This document shows, piece by piece, positions 29,029-37,457 of a stretch of 64,000 bases of DNA. The stretch is from Oceanispirochaeta sp. (GTDB taxonomy: Bacteria; Spirochaetota; Spirochaetia; DSM-2461). Location: the NCBI GenBank assembly GCA_963666275.2, contig CAXXOA010000001.1, positions 1,216,001-1,280,000 of the forward strand, in the 5' to 3' direction. The stretch's first letter is position 1; every line of letters begins with the position of its first letter. The translations under genes and the position numbers were made by a program. Under the pieces are notes generated by a model. The model was not told where the DNA came from. It made no database searches and saw nothing but the letters and a program-made list of their open reading frames with translations.

Positions 29029-30318
29029 GTGCGACGGAATATTGTCTGGGAGGGAGCGGATCAGCTCCATTACGAAATTCGTGAAATTGTGGGGACGGCA
29101 CACGGTCTTCAGGCGCTTGGAAGGGATATTATCTTCGAAAACATCGGTGATCCTATCCAGAAAGGGGAAGAAGTTCCCCAGTGGATCCGGGACATTGTCA
29201 CCGGTTTGACAAGTCAGAGCAGCAGCTACGGCTATACAGCTACCGAAGGCGCCCCTGAAACCAGGGCCTTTCTGGCGGATCATGTGAACTCCCGGGGGGG
29301 ATGTCAGATCACTTCCGAGGATATCATATTCTTCAACGGACTGGGTGATGCTGTATCCACGGTTTTTGCCTTTCTGAAAAGGGAATCCCGGGTGATCGGT
29401 CCCTCTCCGGCCTATTCCACCCTGTCATCAGCCGAAGCGGCCCATTCGGGTTATGACCACACCACCTACAAGCTGGATCCGGAAAACAACTGGATGCCCG
29501 ACCTGGAGGATCTGGAAAACAAAGTCAGATACAACGATTCCATAGCGGGAATCCTCCTTATAAATCCGGACAATCCCACTGGGGCTGTCTATCCCCCGGC
29601 CATTCTGAAGCAGATCGTGGACATCGCACGGAAGTACGATCTCTTTGTAATCTGCGATGAAACCTATGCCCATATTGTCTACAACGGCGGCGAAACCTGC
29701 CATTTGAGCGAAGCCATCGGAGAGGTTCCCGGCATCGCCATGAGGAGCATCAGCAAGGAGTTTCCCTGGCCCGGTGGACGGTGCGGCTGGCTGGAAGTGT
29801 TCAACAGGCACCGGGACGGCAATTTCGACAGGTTCATCAAAAGCCTTATAGACGCCAAACGGCTGGAAGTCTGTTCCACCACGCTGCCCCAGCTTTCCAT
29901 CCCCCCTGTGTACAGCGATCCCCGCTACAGGGAGCATCTGGACAGACGGAACAGAATCTTCGGCGAGAGGGCAAGGGAAGCTGTGGAGATCCTGAACCGG
30001 GTACCCGGTGTCCGGGTCAATCTGCCCCGGGGCGCCTTCTATCTCACAGTGCTGATCGACAATGACAAAATCAGGAATTTTACCCCTCTCCCCATGGATC
30101 AAAAGGTGGATGAGTATCTGAGCAGCAGGATTGAAAATGCTCCTGCCGATAAAAAACTCGTCTACAATCTTCTGGGAGCAGTGGGGATCTGTACGGTTCC
30201 GCTGAGCGGGTTCTGCTCGGATCTATCGGGATTCCGGGTGACACTGCTTGAACAGGATGATGAAAAACGTCTTAAAATCTGGCACACCCTGGCGGATGCT
30301 CTATCCCGTATGCTCTGA
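29029..30318 (+). CDS. PLP-dependent class I aminotransferase, AlaA (alanine-synthesizing transaminase)-like
   Basis: GTG start after AGGAG. YEIREIV...ENIGDP, INPDNPTG, DETY and SISKEFPWPGGRCGW (PLP Lys). The N-terminus resembles the AlaA YDIRG...LNIGNP segment. Confidence 0.85.
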   Translation: MRRNIVWEGADQLHYEIREIVGTAHGLQALGRDIIFENIGDPIQKGEEVPQWIRDIVTGLTSQSSSYGYTATEGAPETRAFLADHVNSRGGCQITSEDIIFFNGLGDAVSTVFAFLKRESRVIGPSPAYSTLSSAEAAHSGYDHTTYKLDPENNWMPDLEDLENKVRYNDSIAGILLINPDNPTGAVYPPAILKQIVDIARKYDLFVICDETYAHIVYNGGETCHLSEAIGEVPGIAMRSISKEFPWPGGRCGWLEVFNRHRDGNFDRFIKSLIDAKRLEVCSTTLPQLSIPPVYSDPRYREHLDRRNRIFGERAREAVEILNRVPGVRVNLPRGAFYLTVLIDNDKIRNFTPLPMDQKVDEYLSSRIENAPADKKLVYNLLGAVGICTVPLSGFCSDLSGFRVTLLEQDDEKRLKIWHTLADALSRML

Positions 30319-31839
30319 TACCCTGAGGCTCCCATCCCGGGAGATCTCCCAGACCGTATCGGTGAGGGCCCGGGAAAACTCCCTTTCGTGGGAAACCATG
30401 AGCAGAGCCCCCGGGAATCCTCTGAGGGCTTCTTCCAGAAAGTCTACTGAAGGGAGATCCAGGTGATTTTCCGGTTCATCCAGAATGAGGAGGGCCGGGA
30501 TTTCCTCTCGTGTAAGGGAGATGGCCAGGAACACTTTTCTGGCTTCTCCCGGACTCAGCCGGAGGGAGTCTCTCAGGGATTCGGGGTCTGAACCCAGCCT
30601 GGCTACCGCCGAGAGGACTTCCCCTTTCTGTCTGTTCGAAAGACTCTGAAACATCCTTCTGACCTGATCCATCTCATCCGGAGAGAACTCCTGGGGCAGA
30701 TAGAAGTATTCTGATGGATCCAGAGTACCTGACTGGAGGATATGCTTCAGAAGGGTGGTTTTACCCGCTCCGTTGGGGCCTTCCAGGGTGATCCTGTCAA
30801 AGGGCCGCAGGATCAGTTCGGGGATCTCCAGGACTCTCTCTTCCCTGTTCAGGGGCAGTTTCATCCCCCCTGTCTGCCAGAGGCGGTCTCTCTTCAGCTG
30901 TCTGCCCTTCATTGTTATACCGGTGGGATCGGTCCCCTGTCCCTCCAGGTCTGAGAGTTTTCTGCCGGCCTGATCCAGACGTCCGTCCATCTGCCGGAGG
31001 AGTTTTCCTCCGGTTCCGTCCTTTCCGCTGACCCTGACAAGATCCATCCTGGCTCTTCCGTCGGAATCTTTTCTGTCCAGATGCTTTTTCGAACGCCGGG
31101 ACTGCTGGGACGCCGCCAGAGCTCTTCTGCGGGAGGCTTCACTTTCCAGTCTCCGGAGCTCCCGGAGGGCCTGATCCCTCTCTCTCCGGAGGCCCAGCTC
31201 CTTTTTCCGTTTCTCCTCCATCGCCAGAGCGTAATTTCCATGATAGAAGTCACAAGCGCCCTGTTTCAGATAAAGGATTCCCCGGGGAAGCCGGTTCAGA
31301 AGGTATCTGTCATGACTGACAAGGATGCCTATGCCCCTGTACTGCTCCAGAGCCCGGCTAATGGTTTCTCGGGTCTCCCTGTCCAGATGGTTCACAGGTT
31401 CGTCCAGGCAGAGGCAGTCGGGATCTCTGTAAAGGACAGAGGCCAGGAGGAGTTTTTTCTGCTCTCCCTGGCTGAGGGTTTCAATCCTGAAGAACCAGTC
31501 GAAATCCGCCTCCAGCAGGTTCAGCCATTTCAGGGCCTCCTTTTCGCCCTCCAGAGCCGCATCCTGCAGGACCGCTATGGAACTCAGGGCGGAAGGATCC
31601 GCACAGCCCTCCTGGGGAACAAAAATTGTCAGGAACCGGTCGGCCGTATTGCCGCTGATTCGGCCCTGTCGGGGAGTCAGAATGCGGCTTATAAGCTTCA
31701 GAAGGGTGGATTTTCCCGTCCCGTTGGCACCGGCCAGGCCGGTCCAGCCTGAGGGGAATGTGATATTCAGATCGTCAAAGAGTAAAGAGGATGAGTCATA
31801 ACTGAAACTCAGATGGGTAATATGAAGGTATTGGGACAT
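30301..31839 (-). CDS. ABC-F family ATPase (two nucleotide-binding domains, no TM domain)
   Basis: GANGTGKS, LSQGEQ, LDEPVNHLD and VSHDR, then GPNGAGKT, LSPGE, LDEPENHLD and VSHE, separated by a long charged linker. Confidence 0.9.
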   Translation of the reverse strand: MSQYLHITHLSFSYDSSSLLFDDLNITFPSGWTGLAGANGTGKSTLLKLISRILTPRQGRISGNTADRFLTIFVPQEGCADPSALSSIAVLQDAALEGEKEALKWLNLLEADFDWFFRIETLSQGEQKKLLLASVLYRDPDCLCLDEPVNHLDRETRETISRALEQYRGIGILVSHDRYLLNRLPRGILYLKQGACDFYHGNYALAMEEKRKKELGLRRERDQALRELRRLESEASRRRALAASQQSRRSKKHLDRKDSDGRARMDLVRVSGKDGTGGKLLRQMDGRLDQAGRKLSDLEGQGTDPTGITMKGRQLKRDRLWQTGGMKLPLNREERVLEIPELILRPFDRITLEGPNGAGKTTLLKHILQSGTLDPSEYFYLPQEFSPDEMDQVRRMFQSLSNRQKGEVLSAVARLGSDPESLRDSLRLSPGEARKVFLAISLTREEIPALLILDEPENHLDLPSVDFLEEALRGFPGALLMVSHEREFSRALTDTVWEISRDGSLRVSEHTG

Positions 31840-32096
31840 ATAAAAGCTCCGCACAGGAATTTTGAGGCGGCCGGAATATTCCGTTACAGAGATTGGGAGA
31901 AGTGCCGCATACGGATCACTGCCTGTACTGTTTCTTCTCCAATCAGCTTTTAATAATCAATGTCCCCTGTCCTTTTCATTCTGATAAGATATAAAAAATG
32001 GTAACGGGGATTTTCCCCTGCGTCAAGACCGGGACAGGCCAGTTCTGTCATCACCGGACTTCCCGGCCGGAGCCGTTTGAATTATACTGAAGATCT

Positions 32097-32564
32097 ATGG
32101 CAAAACTTAAAATACTATTTGTTTGTATGGGTAACATTTGCCGGTCCCCTCTGGCTCATGCGGTCTTCGAAGATATGGCTGCCCGGGAGGGATTGGATGT
32201 CTTTGTGGAATCCTGCGGAATGGATGCCTGGCATGTGGGTGAACCTGCTGATTCCAGGATGAGAGAAACCGCAGGAAGGCATGGTGTGAGAATCAATCAC
32301 TATGCCAGGCGCTTTCAACCCTCCGATCTGGATGATTATGATCTGATCATTCCCATGGATCAGGGGAACCTGAGGGATCTGAAACGGCATATGCGGCCCG
32401 AACATGAGGATAAAGTGATTCTTATGCGTCACTGGGATCCGAAGGGGCCGGGAGAGGTTCCCGATCCCTGGTACGGCGGACCAGAAGGGTTTGAAACGGT
32501 GTATACTATTGTGGAAAGAACCAGCAGAGCCCTGCTGGAGGATGTGAAAAAAAGGTTGGCCTGA
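32097..32564 (+). CDS. Low-molecular-weight protein-tyrosine phosphatase
   Basis: VCMGNICRSP P-loop and DPWYG. Confidence 0.95.
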   Translation: MAKLKILFVCMGNICRSPLAHAVFEDMAAREGLDVFVESCGMDAWHVGEPADSRMRETAGRHGVRINHYARRFQPSDLDDYDLIIPMDQGNLRDLKRHMRPEHEDKVILMRHWDPKGPGEVPDPWYGGPEGFETVYTIVERTSRALLEDVKKRLA

Positions 32565-33454
32565 TGGATTCAGTCTATAAAAGTCCCGAAGAAGTCATTC
32601 ATGAGCATTTCGGCAGCTCAGTTTCCATAAGCGGAGAACGCGGTGTCGGGGGAGGCTGTATCAATGATACGGGAATCCTCAACCTCAGCGACGGAAGCAG
32701 GGCTTTTATCAAAAGGAACGGCAGGAATCAGGAGAATCTCTTTCTTCGGGAAGCCGAGGGGCTCCGTGCCCTGGCTGCTGTGGAGGGCGCTCCGGCGGTT
32801 CCGCAGGTGCTGGGGGCAGGGAAGGACAGCCGCTTTGCCTTTCTTGTGATGGAGTATCTGGAACCGTCGCCCCGGAGGCAGGACTTCTGGGAGATCTTCG
32901 GCAGAGAGATGGCGGCTCTCCACAGGAACGGGAGATCCGGTGAGTGCGGTTTCTTTCATGACAATCACATAGGAGCTACGGCGCAGCCAAACGGTTCCCA
33001 GAGCTCATGGATCGCTTTCTTCCGGGAAAAGAGGCTGGAGTTTCAGCTGAAACTTGCCCGGGAGAGAGGACTGGCCGACAGCTCCATGACCCGCCTTGTC
33101 TCCCGGGTGATGGACCGGCTGGATACTCTTCTGATTGAACCGGATGATCACAGGCCCTCTCTGCTGCACGGGGATCTATGGGGCGGAAACTTTATAGACG
33201 GCCCCGAAGGGAAGGCCTGCATCATTGATCCTGCCGCCTACTACGGCCACAGAGAGGCTGATCTGGCTATGACATCCCTGTTCGGAGGGTTCAGTTCCGC
33301 CTTTTACAGCGCCTATGATGAGGCCTGGCCTCTGGAGTCCGGCTTCAGCGAACGGAGAGATCTCTACAATCTGTATCATATGCTCAATCATCTGAATCTT
33401 TTCGGCGGCGGCTATGCGGGGAGTGTTCTCTCCATCGCCTCCCGCTATGCCTGA
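32564..33454 (+). CDS. Fructosamine/ketosamine-3-kinase family protein
   Basis: GGGCIN, EAEGL, PSLLHGDLWGGN, DPAAYYGHREADLAMT, LYHMLNHLNLFG. Confidence 0.94.
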   Translation: MDSVYKSPEEVIHEHFGSSVSISGERGVGGGCINDTGILNLSDGSRAFIKRNGRNQENLFLREAEGLRALAAVEGAPAVPQVLGAGKDSRFAFLVMEYLEPSPRRQDFWEIFGREMAALHRNGRSGECGFFHDNHIGATAQPNGSQSSWIAFFREKRLEFQLKLARERGLADSSMTRLVSRVMDRLDTLLIEPDDHRPSLLHGDLWGGNFIDGPEGKACIIDPAAYYGHREADLAMTSLFGGFSSAFYSAYDEAWPLESGFSERRDLYNLYHMLNHLNLFGGGYAGSVLSIASRYA

Positions 33455-33480
33455 TTCATAATTTGGAAAGGAAATAATTA

Positions 33481-34227
33481 ATGCTACCAGAATTTTTAAC
33501 AACTACTGACTGGATCCTTCTGGCTTCGGGAGCCCTGCTGATGGGTATGGCCAAATCCGGACTCAATGGCGTGAATATCATTGCCGTACCTGTCTATGCG
33601 GCTCTGTTCGGAGGAAAAGTCTCCTCGTCTATTGTCCTGCCCCTGCTGCTGTGCGGTGATATTGTGGCTATTGTGGCCTATCATAAAAAAATCAGCTGGA
33701 AACACTATCTCCGCCTGCTGCCGGCGGCTCTAGTGGGCCTTGTGGCCGGGATGCTGCTGGGACAGTCCATTCCGGATGCCTCCTTCAGGCTCATTATGGC
33801 TGTGATTATCCTTGTCTGCCTGATCCTTATGATCATCAAAGAGTTCGGAAAAAGGACTCTTGCCTTTCCTGATCACTGGGCCGCCCACAGTATGGGTGGA
33901 TTCGCCAGCGGATTCACAACCATGGTGGGAAACGCTGCCGGCCCCATCATGTCCATGTATCTCCTCTCCATGAACCTGCCCAAAAAGGTGTTCATCGGAA
34001 CGGGAGCCGTTTTCTTCCTGACCGTGAATATTCTCAAAGTTCCGGTTCACCTGTTTGCCTGGAAAACCATGACCCCCGATACCCTGATGATCGATGCAGT
34101 TCTGGCTATTTTTGTGTTTGCCGGTTTCTTCGCCGGGTTGAAGATTGTGAAGAAAATCCCGGAAAAACCGTTCCGGATGCTGATCATCGCTGCCACATTC
34201 CTGGGAACTTTGAAGATGTTTTTCTGA
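33481..34227 (+). CDS. TauE/SafE (TSUP) family membrane protein
   Basis: Hydrophobic duplicated architecture: GMAKSG, LPLLLCGD, GFTTMVGNAAGP. Confidence 0.85.
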   Translation: MLPEFLTTTDWILLASGALLMGMAKSGLNGVNIIAVPVYAALFGGKVSSSIVLPLLLCGDIVAIVAYHKKISWKHYLRLLPAALVGLVAGMLLGQSIPDASFRLIMAVIILVCLILMIIKEFGKRTLAFPDHWAAHSMGGFASGFTTMVGNAAGPIMSMYLLSMNLPKKVFIGTGAVFFLTVNILKVPVHLFAWKTMTPDTLMIDAVLAIFVFAGFFAGLKIVKKIPEKPFRMLIIAATFLGTLKMFF

Positions 34228-34240
34228 TTATTCCGGGATA

Positions 34241-34324
34241 TCCGGGGAGTCCGGGGAATTTGGGGTGGCCAGGGTCCGGGGTTCCGGGGAGTCCAGGGAA
34301 TTTGGGGTGGCCAGGGTCCGGGGT
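34241..34324. repeat. G-rich 42-bp tandem repeat (two copies)
   Basis: TCCGGGGAGTCC(G/A)GGGAATTTGGGGTGGCCAGGGTCCGGGGT at 34241-34282 and 34283-34324, with one mismatch. Confidence 0.9.
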
Positions 34325-34375
34325 GTATTGCCATACACCCCATACTCCCCGGAAACCCCGACAACGGAGAGAAAT

Positions 34376-35833
34376 CTATTGCCGTTTCCAGAACCAGGGA
34401 GTCAGGACAACCAGAACCGTGTAGATTTCCAGCCTTCCCATCATCATGGCCAGGCTGAGATACCATTTGATCCCGTCCTGAAAAAAGGCGTAGTTCATGG
34501 TAGGTCCGACTTTACTGAAACCGGGACCGATATTGCCCACCGTAACCAGAGCGGTCGAAAAAGAGGTGAGGATATCATAGCCTCCCCCGGATACTACGAC
34601 TGTGGTGAACAGCAGGGCGAAGACGTAGAGAAAGACAAATCCCGTGATCACGCTGATGATATCTTTGCGCACCACCATCTGATTCAGACGCAGACGGAAA
34701 ACTCCTCTGGGGTGAATCAGGCGCCTCAGCTCCCGCAGGGCCAGCTTGAAAAGAGTGACGATCCGCACCACTTTCATACCGCCGCCGGTGGAGCCGGCAC
34801 ATCCGCCGATGAACATCATCAGAAAGAGGATGACCTTGCTGAACTCGGGCCACAGATCATAGTCGGTGGTGGCGTACCCGGTGGTAGTCAGGATCGATGC
34901 CACCTGAAAGGCGGCAAACCTGAGGCCCTTGCCGAAACTTTCATACACATGATTGTTCAGCAGGGAAAAAGTAATGGCCAGGGAGGCCACTGCAAAAATT
35001 CCCAGATAGGCCTTCATCTCCGTATCGATGATGAGCTCTCTGATCCTTCCTGTGAGAAGCTTGAAATAGAGGGCGAAGTTCAAACCCGCCATAACCATGA
35101 AGATGGTTATCACCCAGTCGATCCAGCCGGAGTTGTAATACCCCACGCTCGTGTTCTTGGGAGAGAACCCTCCTGTTGCCATGGTGCCGAAGGTATGGGT
35201 GAGCGAATCGAAAAGGTTCATTCCCCCCAGCATCAGCAGGATGGTTTCCAGAATGGTCAGTCCCAGATAGATAAACCAGAGGTATTTTGCGGTATGGGTG
35301 ATTTTCGGTGTGATCTTGTCTACCGAAGGCCCCGGCGCTTCCGCTTTGAGAAGCTGCATTCCCCCGATTCCCAGAAGAGGGAATATAGCCACGGTGAGCA
35401 CCACGATTCCCATACCGCCCAGCCAGTGGGTCAGGCTCCTCCAGAACAGGATCGAGTAGGGAAGCCCCTCGATGGCTGTCAGTATGGAGGCTCCGGTGGT
35501 TGTAAAACCCGACATGGTCTCAAAATAGGCATCCGTATAGGAGGGAATGGCACCGGACAGATAAAAAGGAAGGGCTCCAAGGGCGGACGCTGCTATCCAG
35601 CTGAGGGTAACAAGCATAAAACCGTCCCGGGGTGTCAGAACCTTGTTTCTGTTTTTTCTGGTGGCTACATAGATGACCGCCGAAAGGGGAATCAGGACTA
35701 TTATGGGATACACGAAAGCCTTGAAACTCTGCCATTCGCCGTAAAAAAGGGCAATCCCCGCCGGTATCAGCATAAAAGCCGCAATGATCACAAGCAGTAT
35801 GGTCAGTACATGTATTATAAGTTTAAATTTCAT
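34376..35833 (-). CDS. trkH: Trk potassium uptake permease
   Basis: FETMSGFTTTGAS, WLGGMG, ATGGF, TTTGY, GGCAGSTGGG, GNIGPG, GRLEI. Confidence 0.96.
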   Translation of the reverse strand: MKFKLIIHVLTILLVIIAAFMLIPAGIALFYGEWQSFKAFVYPIIVLIPLSAVIYVATRKNRNKVLTPRDGFMLVTLSWIAASALGALPFYLSGAIPSYTDAYFETMSGFTTTGASILTAIEGLPYSILFWRSLTHWLGGMGIVVLTVAIFPLLGIGGMQLLKAEAPGPSVDKITPKITHTAKYLWFIYLGLTILETILLMLGGMNLFDSLTHTFGTMATGGFSPKNTSVGYYNSGWIDWVITIFMVMAGLNFALYFKLLTGRIRELIIDTEMKAYLGIFAVASLAITFSLLNNHVYESFGKGLRFAAFQVASILTTTGYATTDYDLWPEFSKVILFLMMFIGGCAGSTGGGMKVVRIVTLFKLALRELRRLIHPRGVFRLRLNQMVVRKDIISVITGFVFLYVFALLFTTVVVSGGGYDILTSFSTALVTVGNIGPGFSKVGPTMNYAFFQDGIKWYLSLAMMMGRLEIYTVLVVLTPWFWKRQ

Positions 35834-35838
35834 AGGTT

Positions 35839-37242
35839 CTAACCGCTGATGATCGATTCGATACGGCTGATGGAATTGCGTTCAAGGATCATCACAAGAT
35901 GGTCTCCCTGTTCAATGACCGTATCTCCCGTAGGAATAATATCCTCTCCCTGATGGGATATGAAAATGATCAGACTGTTGGCGGGCAGACGGATGTCGCT
36001 GATTTTTTTTCCTTCTATGGGAGAGTCCCGGCTGATAAGGAATTCGATGACTTCCAGTTTTCCCCCCGAAAGGGCGTGAACATTTTTGATATTTCCTTTG
36101 CGGATAATCTTCAGGATGGAATTGACCACCGTGTCGTTCAGGCAGACAGTCATATCCACATTCAGATTGTGGGCCATGGTCCTGTAGCTGCTTCTTGTCA
36201 CAAGGGCCAGTGACTTGGGTACCCCCAGAGTCTTGGCATAGATACTTGTGATCATGTTCAGTTCCTGATTATTCGTGGCTGTGATAAAGAGGTCCAGATC
36301 CTTGAGAAAGTCCTCCTCCTGGAAGTGATCTTCCGTCACATCCGCATGGGTGATAAGAGCCTGGGGATATCTCTCGGAGAGCTCCTTGCATCTCTCATAA
36401 TCCTTTTCCACAATATGAAGCTGTTTTTTGCCCTTTTTGATCATCCTGGACAGCCGCGACAGTCCGGGAATGGGAGAGCTGCTTCCGTCGTGATGAAGGA
36501 TCTCATCGGCGACATAGGTTGTGATATGACCGCCCCCGACAATCAGGATTTTATTGATCTCTTTTCTCTCCTGGTACTCCAGTTTGAAAATGGTTTCAAA
36601 TCCTTTCTCTGTGGATAGTATGTAAAGCTGATCGCCCTCGAGGATCCTTGTGTCTCCCGAGGGAATGATAAAGCTGTCATCTCTCATAACAGCTGCGACA
36701 AGGAAGGCGAAATTCAGATCCTGACGGATGGATTTCAGATCCTTGTTTAAAAAAGCAGAATCCTTGCGGATCGTCAGATTCCGCATCTGAAGGCTCGTAT
36801 TGTCAAAAAGCATGATATCGCTGCGGGCACCATGGCTGATGGCGTAATTAATGATACGGGCGGCTTCAATCTCGGGGTTAATGACATGGTCGATGCCGAG
36901 GAAAGAGTTTGAAATCATTTTTGTCCGTGAATAGTCCAGGTTCCTAACCCTGGCAATTGTTTTGACTTTCTCAAACTCAGCGGAGACCAGGCCGCAGGCA
37001 ATGAGGTTGGTTTCATCTGAAGCGGTGACACTGACAAAGAGATCGGCTTTCTGAATACCGGCTTTTGTCAGGCTTTCAATGTTATTTCCCTTGCCGTTGA
37101 TGACCAGACAATCCAGTCGGTTAGCGGCATCCCGCGCTTTGTCGGGATCCTGTTCAATAAGGGCTACGTCTTTGTTTTCGGCAATTAATTGCCGTGCCAG
37201 CTGCGTTCCTACGCGGCCGGCACCTAATATTACAACGTACAT
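35839..37242 (-). CDS. trkA: Trk system NAD-binding regulatory subunit
   Basis: ILGAGRVG and IVGGGHI Rossmann motifs with two TrkA-C-like domains; adjacent to trkH. Confidence 0.94.
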   Translation of the reverse strand: MYVVILGAGRVGTQLARQLIAENKDVALIEQDPDKARDAANRLDCLVINGKGNNIESLTKAGIQKADLFVSVTASDETNLIACGLVSAEFEKVKTIARVRNLDYSRTKMISNSFLGIDHVINPEIEAARIINYAISHGARSDIMLFDNTSLQMRNLTIRKDSAFLNKDLKSIRQDLNFAFLVAAVMRDDSFIIPSGDTRILEGDQLYILSTEKGFETIFKLEYQERKEINKILIVGGGHITTYVADEILHHDGSSSPIPGLSRLSRMIKKGKKQLHIVEKDYERCKELSERYPQALITHADVTEDHFQEEDFLKDLDLFITATNNQELNMITSIYAKTLGVPKSLALVTRSSYRTMAHNLNVDMTVCLNDTVVNSILKIIRKGNIKNVHALSGGKLEVIEFLISRDSPIEGKKISDIRLPANSLIIFISHQGEDIIPTGDTVIEQGDHLVMILERNSISRIESIISG

Positions 37243-37457
37243 AATGGCAAAAATCATAATCGGAAAATTCCCATCTTGTCAATTTGTCGAGGGAGAAATA
37301 GGAAATATGTTACATTCTGAAGGAATTGACTTTAAAATAAATTTCATAATACCCGGCAGGAAGTGAAACAGTTTTCATTGGGAATCTCCTGTTCTTGCGG
37401 TATACTCTCATTCAAATTATAATAGGTAGTATGTAACAACCCGGGAGCAGCCGTCGT

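Noticed and set aside
34241..34324. Tandem repeat as a CRISPR array
   Set aside because: Only two directly abutting copies, with no spacers and no cas genes.
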